Virus record (IMG/VR): IMGVR_UViG_3300036715_002842 | Coordinates: 1 to 64,000 of that record | DNA length: 64,000 nucleotides | Strand: one strand, 5' to 3' | From: a virus | Shown here: piece by piece, positions 26,429 through 34,939 of the stretch | Position numbering within the stretch: position 1 is the first letter of the stretch | Layout of the letters: every line of letters begins with the position of its first letter | The notes under the pieces: model-generated | What the model was told of the DNA's origin: nothing | Seen by the model: only the letters and a program-made list of their open reading frames with translations | Databases searched by the model: none | Position numbers and translations under genes: made by a program

Positions 26429-29400
26429 TTAGATTGTGATTGCGGTTACTGCTACCTTGAAGACTGAAGAGTTGGCGGAAGTTGGTGTCACCAGAAGCTT
26501 CATGTTGGTTCCATCTGCCACCACGGAGAAGGCACCTACCTGACCGCCGATCTGGACGGATCCGAACTCGGTGTAGTCTGCTGAGGTGCTTCCATTGTGA
26601 ACTGCAAGAATCTTCGTGGTCTGGTACTTGCCACCGGTTGCATCCACCGCCTGGATCTGGAATTCTGCAGATCTGAATGTTGCCTGTGGAATGCTTGCGA
26701 TCTGCTGACCGGCGGTTGTAGCCGTGGAGGTCAGGGTATAGGTATCGATGTTGGCGAAGTCCACGTTCAAGGTGGTCAGGGTACCAACAGAGGTGATGGC
26801 TGGCTGAGCTGCTGTAGTGACGGTTCCAGCGGTTGTTGCTGTGGAAGCATTACCACTCAGGACACCAGTGAAGGTGGTAGCTGTTACACTTGTCAGACCG
26901 GCAAGAGTGGTAGTTGTAGCACCCAAGGCAACCGCGGTAGAACCAATCGTCACCGAGGAGTTAGATAGTGCACCGTTTGGAATGCTGGTGAAGTTGGTAC
27001 CGGTCAGAGTGGGGGCGGTTCCTGGAGCAACATAATCTGCTGCTGTTGCGGCAGAGATGGCAGTTCCATTACCCTTGAGCAGACCCGAGATCGAAGTGGA
27101 GAGGGTAATGACTGGCGAGGAGGTTGCAGAGGCTACCGAACCTGCAAAGCCGTTCGCAGTTGCCACGGACAGGGTAGTGACGGTTCCGGGTGCTGCTGTA
27201 ACCTGTGCCTGCAGTTTACCGAAAGCAGTCAGAATCGAATCTGTTGCTGCTACCGCTGTTGCAGTTCCCAAGGTGTAGTTTGTTAGAACCTTACCAGTGA
27301 CTGTTGTAGCGGCCAGGGTTGTGGCGTTCCCGACCGAGGTAACATCTCCAGTCAGGTTGGCGTTGGTCACTACAGTTGTAGCGTTTCCAACTGAGGTCAC
27401 CATGCCAGTCAGGTTGGCGTTAGTCGTAACTGTTGCGGCATTGCCATCGATGCTGGTGATACCAGTAAGAGCAATCGAACCAGAAACCCGATTGATTGCA
27501 ATCTGCGTGGTACCTAGATAGAAGGTTTGACCTACCGCGGCCTTCGCAGCAAGATCCGTCACGAGGTTCGAAACACCAGATTCTGGAATGCCGGTGAAGT
27601 TGGTACCGGTCAGAGTAGGTGCTGTGGAGTAGGATGGGGTTGCGCCACCTACAAGGACCCCGGATCCAGTTGCCAGCATGGTTGTGGCACCAGAACCAGT
27701 CTGGTAAGGAATGGATCCTGCAGCGCCACCAGTGATGTTGGTTGCAGTTGTAGCCGTTGTTGCATTGCCAGTCAGGGCACCCACGAAGGTGGTGGAGGTT
27801 ACACTTGTCAGACCTGCAAGGGTGGTAGAAGTTGCACCCAAAGCAATCGCGGTGGAACCCACGGTCACAGAGGAGTTGGTCAGTGCCCCATTGGGAATGT
27901 TCGTTAAGCTAGCGCCGGAACCGCTGAAGGCCAAAGCTACCAGTGTGCCAGTTGCAGGGTAGAAGTACAATCTCGAAGCCGATACTTTAGGAGCAAGGTT
28001 ACCAGTAGAACCATCCACCATAACAAGGCTGAAGGCTGTTGCCGTGGTCGTATCGTTCGTAACACCCACGTTCGTAGCGTTTGTGGCACTCGCAGCGGAT
28101 CCGGTGATGCTGATTCCCCAGTTACCGGATGCACCAGTACCGGTTGTTGTGGGCGCTCCGATGTCACTAGGAACGTAGGCCAAGAGGGTCTTGATCTGGG
28201 CAACGGTCAGATCCGCTGCGTTAGCAGTCAGACCAGTGTTATTACCCTTGAGAGTATTTGCTGCCATCTGAGCGGACATGGCATTCGTGACCACGTTCGT
28301 TGAGGTAGTGTAGACTCCATTGGTGACCGTTGCTGCGTTACCCGTTGTGCTCTGGTTCAGGATCGGGAAGTCAGCTGCGACTGCAATTGTAAGAGCGCCA
28401 GTCGTGGTAGTGCTCTTTAGGATACCAGTTCCCAGGGCCGAGGTGCCTGCGGAGTAGTCAACCCCAGCAGTTGCGGCAACCAAGGCAGAACCACTACCCT
28501 TGAGCATTCCAGAGATGGAAGTTGTAAGGGTAATCGCTGGAGTGGTACCCGCGTTGGCAACGGAGCCGCCGAACCCATTCGCGGAAACAACGGATAGGGT
28601 GGTGACAGTTCCATTCGTTGTGGAATATGTTGTGGTATCCAATGCCCAGGTATCTGCCGCGGTTTTCTTCAGGAAGCCGGAGGTTCCTGCGAGGTTCGCG
28701 ATGGCGGTGAGGTCTCCATCCAGTGCCTGGTAGCTACCACTTACCTGTTTGTTGTTCAGCTGGGCTTGAACGTTCTGGAACGCAGTGAGTACTGAATCCG
28801 TTGCTGCGATGGGGGTATTAGCACCTGCTACCAATCCGGTAAGAGTTGCTCCACGCACGCTGGTGTTGAAGTCTGTCCAAGCCTTCAAGCCATTCCAGTA
28901 CTGAGCAGAAGTGCCACCGGTAATCGTAGGCTCCTTCGCAGTCAGGTCAGAAACCATTGCGAAGGTGCCACTTGCATCCGGGAGGGTGAACTGTCTTGCG
29001 GCGGTTGCGGTAGAGATTACTTCAGAGCTGAAGGCGGTTGCGCTGGGCGTCAGGAGGATGGTGCCGAGCTTCCCTGGAGCAAGGAAACTCCAGGAAGACC
29101 GGGTATTCCCGATCTTGGCGTACCCAGTGATGGATCCACCCTCTTCGATCTCAATACCAGCAGAGTCCCCCGAAGCTGCCGCACCACCTTTGTTGAGCGT
29201 GATGAGCTTATCGGTCACGGTCATATTTGTTACGTTGTTGTAAACCAGGGTACCGGAGATGTTAACTGTGTCGCCAGCGCCACCAATATTAATGGTGGTG
29301 ACTCCTGCTCCGGTTCCAATGTTCACTGTCTGCGTGGTTGCTGCCGTACCGAGATTTACGATCGAGGCCCAGTTGGTGCCTAGATCTAGGGTTCCAGTGT

Positions 29401-31453
29401 TTACGTAAGCGTCCAGGGCGCCAGTGTGAACGATACCAGAGAAATAAGGGCTATCTGTAGGCGCCTTCGCATTGAAAGTCGTCCAATCTGCTGAGAGAAG
29501 GTAACCGGCAACAAGTTCTGTTGCCGCGGGCATCGAAATGACTGGGGTATTGCCACCTGTCGATTGTACTGGGGATGTAGCTGTGACGGATGTAACTGTG
29601 CCACCGGAGTTTGGTGGGGTTGCGAACGTACCATCTGCGCGGAGGAAGTCTGTGGTGTTGGAAACAACCCCAGGTACCAAGCCCTTTGAAGTTCCAAAGA
29701 CCGGCAACAGTGCTGCAACCTGAGCGGCAGAAAGTGCTTCAACGTTCCCAGTTCCCGCAGTAGTTCTTGCGAGGAAGGTTCCAGATGCTATCTGTGCGAG
29801 GTTGCTGAGAATAACTTTGTTGGTTCCGATGGTTGTTGCATTACCGACCGAGGTAACATCCCCGGTCAGATTGGCGTTGGTCACCACCGTCGTAGCGTTT
29901 CCAACCGAGGTAACATCCCCGGTCAGATTGGCGTTGGTCACCACCGTCGTAGCGTTTCCAACCGAGGTCACCATGCCAGTCAGGTTTGCGTTGGTCACTA
30001 CGGTTGCTGCGAACGTACCAGTTCCAGAACCGGTAACTCCACCTGTCAGCGTGATGGTCTGATCACCAGTGTTCGTTCCAGATACGGATCCACTTGCAGG
30101 AACTGTCAGCGTTGCAGAAGCAGTACCACCACCGATGGAGAAGCCATTCGCGAGGGAATTGAAAGCCAGTCCATTGATTGAAGCAGCTATTGCATTGCCC
30201 AGGTTTGGTGTAACAAGTACCGGAGAATTAAGATTCGCCTTCAGATTTAGTGCTGTCTGGGTGGCAGTTGAAATTGGCTTGTTCAGGTCCGAGGTGTCAT
30301 CCACATTCCCCAGACCCACGCTAGCAGCAGTAATCGTTGGAGTGCTGATAACTCCACTTGCATCGATTGAAATGTTTGTTCCCTGCTTTACCCCACCCAG
30401 AACTGTTGCAGAAGCAACTGGCAGGGTATAGTTATTTGCACCCGCTGCGATACCATCCAGCTTCGCAGCGTAGGTGGAAGTCATATAGCCATTGACCGAA
30501 GCGGTTGCCGCGGCCATGGAAATGACTGGAGCCGAACCGCCGCTTGAATCTACCGGCGCGGTTGCTGTCACACCAGTTACGTAGACCGTTGTGTCTAAGG
30601 ACCATGTATCGACGGCAGTCTTTTTCAAAAGACCGGAAGTACCTGCTAGAGCTGCAATCGAAGTGAGATCCGCATCTAGCGGTTGTGCGTCCGTGATTCC
30701 GTAACCGGACAGGGAAGTTGGATTGGTTCCTGCTGTTACTCTTCCCTTTGTATCAACAGTTACGGACTTGTAGGTTCCGGCGGTTACTACGTTTGGAAGC
30801 GAGAGAGTGATTGCAGTTGTACCTGATCCAGTAACGTCTCCTGTTACAGTGATAGTCTGATTACCTGTGATGTAGCCACTGGGGTTGGTGCTATTGTAAG
30901 GAGTGAAGCCCAGTGCGTTAGTGACATCAGTTGACAGAAGGGTCACAGCACCGGAACGGGTATTGAAGGAATCTACTTTGGAACCTACGATCGATGCTGC
31001 TGGGGTATTGACCCACGCCAGACCAGTCCACTGAAGCACATCTGTATTGCCCTTAGTACCCACATTCACATTCGAAAGGTTCTCAAGGATGTGGGTGTGG
31101 GTGAGTGCCGCTGCGTCTGTGATTCCATACCCTGCGAGTGTAGTGGGATTGGTTCCACCGGTTACCCGACCTTTACTATCCACAGTTACAGACTTATACG
31201 TACCAGCGGTTACCCCAGATGCTGAAAGGGTAAGAGCCACGCTGGAGGATCCAGAACCCGTAACATCCCCAGTGTAGGTGAGAACTGGAATCCCACCGAT
31301 AACAGCGACGGCACTTCCAGATCCATTCTTGTAATAAAGGTCCCCACCAGGTCCAAAGGAAAAGAGAGACTCATTTGGATAGCTGGACAGATCTGGAAAT
31401 TTAGGGCCGAGTTGGAGGTACTTGGGTCCACGTAGTGGGGCAACGAGTTTCAT
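26429..31453 (-). CDS. long tail fibre protein
   Basis: VTAGTYKSVTVDSKGRVT, LAGYGITDA, DADLTSIAAL repeats typical of phage fibres. Confidence 0.85.
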   Translation of the reverse strand: MKLVAPLRGPKYLQLGPKFPDLSSYPNESLFSFGPGGDLYYKNGSGSAVAVIGGIPVLTYTGDVTGSGSSSVALTLSASGVTAGTYKSVTVDSKGRVTGGTNPTTLAGYGITDAAALTHTHILENLSNVNVGTKGNTDVLQWTGLAWVNTPAASIVGSKVDSFNTRSGAVTLLSTDVTNALGFTPYNSTNPSGYITGNQTITVTGDVTGSGTTAITLSLPNVVTAGTYKSVTVDTKGRVTAGTNPTSLSGYGITDAQPLDADLTSIAALAGTSGLLKKTAVDTWSLDTTVYVTGVTATAPVDSSGGSAPVISMAAATASVNGYMTSTYAAKLDGIAAGANNYTLPVASATVLGGVKQGTNISIDASGVISTPTITAASVGLGNVDDTSDLNKPISTATQTALNLKANLNSPVLVTPNLGNAIAASINGLAFNSLANGFSIGGGTASATLTVPASGSVSGTNTGDQTITLTGGVTGSGTGTFAATVVTNANLTGMVTSVGNATTVVTNANLTGDVTSVGNATTVVTNANLTGDVTSVGNATTIGTNKVILSNLAQIASGTFLARTTAGTGNVEALSAAQVAALLPVFGTSKGLVPGVVSNTTDFLRADGTFATPPNSGGTVTSVTATSPVQSTGGNTPVISMPAATELVAGYLLSADWTTFNAKAPTDSPYFSGIVHTGALDAYVNTGTLDLGTNWASIVNLGTAATTQTVNIGTGAGVTTINIGGAGDTVNISGTLVYNNVTNMTVTDKLITLNKGGAAASGDSAGIEIEEGGSITGYAKIGNTRSSWSFLAPGKLGTILLTPSATAFSSEVISTATAARQFTLPDASGTFAMVSDLTAKEPTITGGTSAQYWNGLKAWTDFNTSVRGATLTGLVAGANTPIAATDSVLTAFQNVQAQLNNKQVSGSYQALDGDLTAIANLAGTSGFLKKTAADTWALDTTTYSTTNGTVTTLSVVSANGFGGSVANAGTTPAITLTTSISGMLKGSGSALVAATAGVDYSAGTSALGTGILKSTTTTGALTIAVAADFPILNQSTTGNAATVTNGVYTTSTNVVTNAMSAQMAANTLKGNNTGLTANAADLTVAQIKTLLAYVPSDIGAPTTTGTGASGNWGISITGSAASATNATNVGVTNDTTTATAFSLVMVDGSTGNLAPKVSASRLYFYPATGTLVALAFSGSGASLTNIPNGALTNSSVTVGSTAIALGATSTTLAGLTSVTSTTFVGALTGNATTATTATNITGGAAGSIPYQTGSGATTMLATGSGVLVGGATPSYSTAPTLTGTNFTGIPESGVSNLVTDLAAKAAVGQTFYLGTTQIAINRVSGSIALTGITSIDGNAATVTTNANLTGMVTSVGNATTVVTNANLTGDVTSVGNATTLAATTVTGKVLTNYTLGTATAVAATDSILTAFGKLQAQVTAAPGTVTTLSVATANGFAGSVASATSSPVITLSTSISGLLKGNGTAISAATAADYVAPGTAPTLTGTNFTSIPNGALSNSSVTIGSTAVALGATTTTLAGLTSVTATTFTGVLSGNASTATTAGTVTTAAQPAITSVGTLTTLNVDFANIDTYTLTSTATTAGQQIASIPQATFRSAEFQIQAVDATGGKYQTTKILAVHNGSTSADYTEFGSVQIGGQVGAFSVVADGTNMKLLVTPTSANSSVFKVAVTAITI
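29847..30000. repeat. 57-bp (19-aa) tandem repeat x3 in fibre gene
   Basis: Units start at 29847, 29904 and 29961, encoding GNATTVVTNANLTGDVTSV; related copies at about 27320-27440. Confidence 0.85.
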
Positions 31454-31520
31454 GTAGAACTCCCCTTTGGTTTAATTCTACAGGAGAAGTTCTACGTTGA
31501 TTCTTTTACCGATTAACATG

Positions 31521-31546
31521 AAAAAAGGGGTCCCGAAGGACCCCTT
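31521..31546 (-). terminator. intrinsic terminator closing the tRNA operon
   Basis: On minus strand AAGGGGTCC-TTCG-GGACCCCTTTTTT. Confidence 0.85.
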
Positions 31547-31630
31547 GATCGACTGATCTTCCCCACCATGCCAGAACTGAATCTGGTCATATCGATTAGG
31601 GTGGTTTCTGTCACTGCCAGCGACAGTTAC

Positions 31631-31768
31631 TTACTTGCTACGGTGCGCCTTCACGCGGTTGGGGCTCTTGTAAGCGCCAGTACGAGTCCGGAGATTACGG
31701 TCCTTCACGCGAAGGTTGTTGCGGTTGATACGGTCGAAACGTTCGACCTTGAGTCTGGCCTTGGCCAT
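31631..31768 (-). CDS. small highly basic protein (45 aa)
   Basis: AGGAGG RBS; MAKARLKVERFDRINRNNLRVKDRNLRTRTGAYKSPNRVKAHRSK*. Confidence 0.65.
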   Translation of the reverse strand: MAKARLKVERFDRINRNNLRVKDRNLRTRTGAYKSPNRVKAHRSK

Positions 31769-31839
31769 GTGAACCTCCTAGATAGCATCACTAGCTATCT
31801 GAATGGCTCACCCCTCCGCTGCTGTAGTTGTAGTGCATA

Positions 31840-32028
31840 TCATTCTCCTAAGAGTTGTTTCCGTCTGGCAAACGCACGTTCAAGTGCTGGTGCCATCGGT
31901 GGTGGGTTCTGGAGTGCTTCAGCGAAGCACATCTGATCTTGTGCAGTCATGTGGATCGTTTCAACAGTTTCAGAGAAACCTTTGAGCGGATCGTTTGGAA
32001 CGGGTATGTAGTTTACCTCGTTTGTCAT
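31840..32028 (-). CDS. DUF1778 (TacA/AtaR-type) antitoxin C-terminal-like peptide
   Basis: GAGG RBS; ETIHMTAQDQMCFAEALQNPPPMAPALERAFARR resembles the DUF1778 C-terminal consensus. Confidence 0.65.
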   Translation of the reverse strand: MTNEVNYIPVPNDPLKGFSETVETIHMTAQDQMCFAEALQNPPPMAPALERAFARRKQLLGE

Positions 32029-32051
32029 AGCATTTACCTCGGTTCTGGAAA

Positions 32052-32126
32052 TGGTGCCCCCGGTGGGGTTCGAACCCACGACCTGAAGATTATGAGCCAT
32101 CTGCTCTGCCGCTGAGCTACAGGGGT
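32052..32126 (-). tRNA. tRNA-Ile2/Met (CAT)
   Basis: Cloverleaf, loop CTCATAA, CCA end; A1:C72 mismatch. Confidence 0.85.
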
Positions 32127-32168
32127 ATTGGTATATTGGTTTGACTTGAGGAAAGATGGATTTCGGAA

Positions 32169-32252
32169 TGGTACCCCTTCTCGGACTCGAACCGAGACGC
32201 TCGAAAGCATAGGACCTAAACCTATTGACTGGACCAATTCGTCTAAAGGGGC
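32169..32252 (-). tRNA. tRNA-Leu (TAG)
   Basis: ATAGG-TTTAGGT-CCTAT, long V arm, CCA. Confidence 0.9.
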
Positions 32253-32515
32253 ATTTGATCTTCTGTCCTTACTATTGTGGAACCCGCAACCGGGTTTGAA
32301 CCTTACCACACGCGGATATCAGTTCCGCCACGCTCGCATTGGTTGATGAATTAGGCGGATTCACCACTGGTCGGTTTTCCCTCCCCATTAAGACCAGTGC
32401 GCACCAGCCTTAACTACGGTCGACCTTTACGGTTCTCTGGGGCTAAGCCACTTGAATCCGATAGGTGGTACCCGTTCTCGGAAATGACTTAACGATACGA
32501 AGAGCCGTCAAGAAT

Positions 32516-32591
32516 TGGAGCCCACAACCGGGTTCGAACCGATGACCTCCTGATTACAAAGCAGGTGCTCTACCAACTGAGCTATGCAGGC
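32516..32591 (-). tRNA. tRNA-Thr (TGT)
   Basis: Loop TTTGTAA, GGTTCGAACCC T arm, CCA. Confidence 0.85.
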
Positions 32592-32610
32592 AAAGGTGTC
32601 GGACTGAAAC

Positions 32611-33048
32611 TTGAAGGGCCATCCGACTGCCACTCAAAGGTGGGTGCATATATCGCTAGGCCGAAGGTATTTTGGATGCGGTAGATCTAAGAGATCCGAA
32701 GTCCTTGACAGTTTTGGAAAGAAGGTTCTTCTTGACTCGACTTACGAATTGGAGGTTTCGGAACTTTTGAATCAGCTTGGAATTCGTTGGATTAGACCCA
32801 AACCATTGAGTTGGTATTTGGAGGGCAAGCAGCACCTATACCACCCAGATTTCTTTTTAACGGATTTCAATCTCTATCTGGATCCGAAGAACGACTATCT
32901 AGCTCGAATTGATGTAGGGAAAATTTCCCTAGTAAGTTGGCAGAACGCAGTTGTAATTCGAATTCTAACCAAGAAGCAAATTACACTTGAGTATCTGAAA
33001 GGATTGGTAGCCCCGGAGAATTTTGAAATCTCGACCTACCGCGTGTAA
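32611..33048 (+). CDS. PD-(D/E)XK / TnsA-like free-standing endonuclease (possibly truncated)
   Basis: DSTYE...YHPDFFL...YLDPKND; antisense to the tRNA cluster. Confidence 0.65.
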   Translation: MKGHPTATQRWVHISLGRRYFGCGRSKRSEVLDSFGKKVLLDSTYELEVSELLNQLGIRWIRPKPLSWYLEGKQHLYHPDFFLTDFNLYLDPKNDYLARIDVGKISLVSWQNAVVIRILTKKQITLEYLKGLVAPENFEISTYRV

Positions 33049-33079
33049 GGCGATTGCTCTACCTCTGAGCTACAGGGCT
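33005..33079 (-). tRNA. tRNA-Val (TAC)
   Basis: ATCGC-CTTACAC-GCGGT, CCA. Confidence 0.85.
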
Positions 33080-33735
33080 AAGGTCGGGGATTCTTCAGCG
33101 GCGCCACCTAGGAGATCCCCTACAATTGCCGCCTGCTGGGGACTAGCATTGCTGCCCCACCCTCACCACCAGGTCTACCGAGTTAGGGCCTGATCCTGGA
33201 TTAAGATCCGGCCCCCTTGACCGGTGCGCACAACTGATCTTGTTCGGGGAACTGGAGTCCCGGCCGGATGACAACTCCAACTCCCCTTCAACCACCGCCC
33301 TCGAGGGGTAACAGTGAACCGAAGTCCACAGTGGTCGATCTAGTTCGGGGACCCACCACCCGCGTGGTTGCAGGTCCCCTTCGGACGCCTGACGGCCAGT
33401 CCGATCTTTAAGATATTCGGGAGTTCACGCCTCACTCCCTAGCGTCCAAGACTTTGCGGCGAAGTGACAATCCTAAGATCGTCTCCGAAGTTGCAGAGCA
33501 TCTTCGTGTAGCGCGTGGATCCTTTTGTAACTTTGACAGTTTCCAACAACCTTTAGAGGGAAGTCTTTCACTATCCTGGAGATTGCGGGAGTAGGTGCTG
33601 TGTCGGGCACCACGACCTTCAGAAGCAAGAAGAGGCTTGAATGACCGTCCAAGTATCTCTCCACCCTCACACGCGGTAGGCGTGGGGCTCGTCCTTCTGT
33701 TCCAGACCGGTTTCTGGCTGTGTACCGGTAAATGC

Positions 33736-33810
33736 TGGTGGACCTGGAGGGAATTGAACCCCCGACATCTGCCTTGCAAAGGCAGCGTTCTCCCGCTGAA
33801 CTACAGGCCC
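33736..33810 (-). tRNA. tRNA-Ala (TGC)
   Basis: CTGCC-TTTGCAA-GGCAG, G3:U70, CCA. Confidence 0.92.
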
Positions 33811-33846
33811 GTGCTGTCAAACAACTTAATCTTTAACCTACTTTGT

Positions 33847-33921
33847 TGGTACTCCCAGTTGGAATCGAACCAACGTCTAGAGCTTAGAAGGCTCTTGCTA
33901 AATCCCCTCAGCTATGGGAGC
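33847..33921 (-). tRNA. tRNA-Arg (TCT)
   Basis: AGAGC-CTTCTAA-GCTCT, CCA. Confidence 0.92.
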
Positions 33922-33924
33922 GAA

Positions 33925-34007
33925 TGGAGGCCCGGTGGAGAGTCGAACTCCTAACCTTTCGGACGAGGGTTGCAATCTCGCGCCAGTCCACACCAGCTTC
34001 CCGAGCC
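33925..34007 (-). tRNA. tRNA-Cys (GCA), atypical D and V arms
   Basis: Loop TTGCAAC, U73, CCA; extra CC-GAAA-GG variable hairpin. Confidence 0.75.
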
Positions 34008-34025
34008 TAGGTCTTGCATCTTGAA

Positions 34026-34102
34026 TGGTAGCCCAGGTGGGAGTCGAACCCACAGAACCCAGATTTTGAATCTGGTACCTATACCAATTCGGTTACTGAG
34101 CC
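34026..34102 (-). tRNA. tRNA-Leu (CAA), short variable loop
   Basis: CCAGA-TTCAAAA-TCTGG, A73, CCA. Confidence 0.88.
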
Positions 34103-34295
34103 ATTGAGTACGTGGCGGACCCTTTCATAGTTTCCACCCTTTGGAGTCAATCCAACTTGTAGTAGGATTTGACGAATGTTTTTGCAAGTTTTAGACGCTT
34201 CTGAAATTTGCTCATCTGTTACTTTTGTCTTGCAGTTGATGTTTCTTCCTCGGTACGTTTCAGTTTGGCTATGACAGTTTGGACATAGAAGAGAA
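34103..34295 (-). pseudogene. HNH endonuclease remnant
   Basis: Start-less frame LLCPNCHSQTETYRGRN...IRQILLQVGLTPKGGNY. Confidence 0.65.
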
Positions 34296-34305
34296 TTTTA
34301 AGGAT

Positions 34306-34587
34306 TGGTGCGCCCGGCCGGAATCGAACCGGCACGCTCTTACGAACAACAGATTTTCATCCTACTTCATGTTGCCATGACCGTTTCCGTTGTAGGCTGG
34401 ACTATCCCTTGACCTTATCCGAGGACTTAGGCCCCCACCGTCTAGTCTCTACACCTTCCTATTTCTAGGCTTGGCTCGGGATTGTCCTAAGGAGTTTCCC
34501 CGAATTTGATGGGATTCACGCTGGAGGTTTCCGACCCAGGTGCTCAAATCATAAGTCTGTGGCGTCTACCAGTTCCGCCACGGGCGC
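34306..34587 (-). tRNA. tRNA-Leu (TAA) interrupted by group I intron
   Basis: Exons 34587-34553 and 34357-34306 splice to ACAGA-CTTAAAA-TCTGT with long V arm and CCA. Confidence 0.9.
34358..34552 (-). ncRNA. self-splicing group I intron (195 nt), trnL(UAA) type
   Basis: Inserted at U^AA; conserved core AAATTCGGGGAA, AATCCCGAGC, GTAGAGACTAGACGG, GATAGTCC; ends in G. Confidence 0.88.
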
Positions 34588-34716
34588 AAAAGTTAGGGCT
34601 CGCTACGACACTTCCCACCTATCGATGGATCAACATGCCACCGGGTCTTACGGCCACACCTAACACAACCTCCGATTTACCCAAGATAATCGGTTTAAAA
34701 TACTGCTTGGGGCAGT

Positions 34717-34804
34717 TGGAGCGGGAGATGGGACTTGAACCCACGATGGACTTTCGTCACGTCAGCTTGGAAGGCTGATGCCTTAACCACTAGGCTACAC
34801 CCGC
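34717..34804 (-). tRNA. tRNA-Gly (TCC) with long variable arm
   Basis: GCG...CGC-U73-CCA acceptor; TCAGC-CTTCCAA-GCTGA; variable region CGTGACGAAAGTCCATC. Confidence 0.85.
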
Positions 34805-34939
34805 TTTGGAGAAACCTGGAAAATTTCATCCAGATTTCAAGGTAGAAGGAAAATTTGTGGCAACGTGATGACATTCGCTACTACGTATCCCCAAGCCTAA
34901 CACTCTAGGTAGCTTGGTTTATGTCAAGAGGACTTTTAT

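Noticed and set aside
15992-31453. Diversity-generating retroelement or invertible fibre cassette
   Set aside because: No reverse transcriptase, invertase or adenine-specific TR/VR pair seen in the window; the repeats are in-frame structural modules
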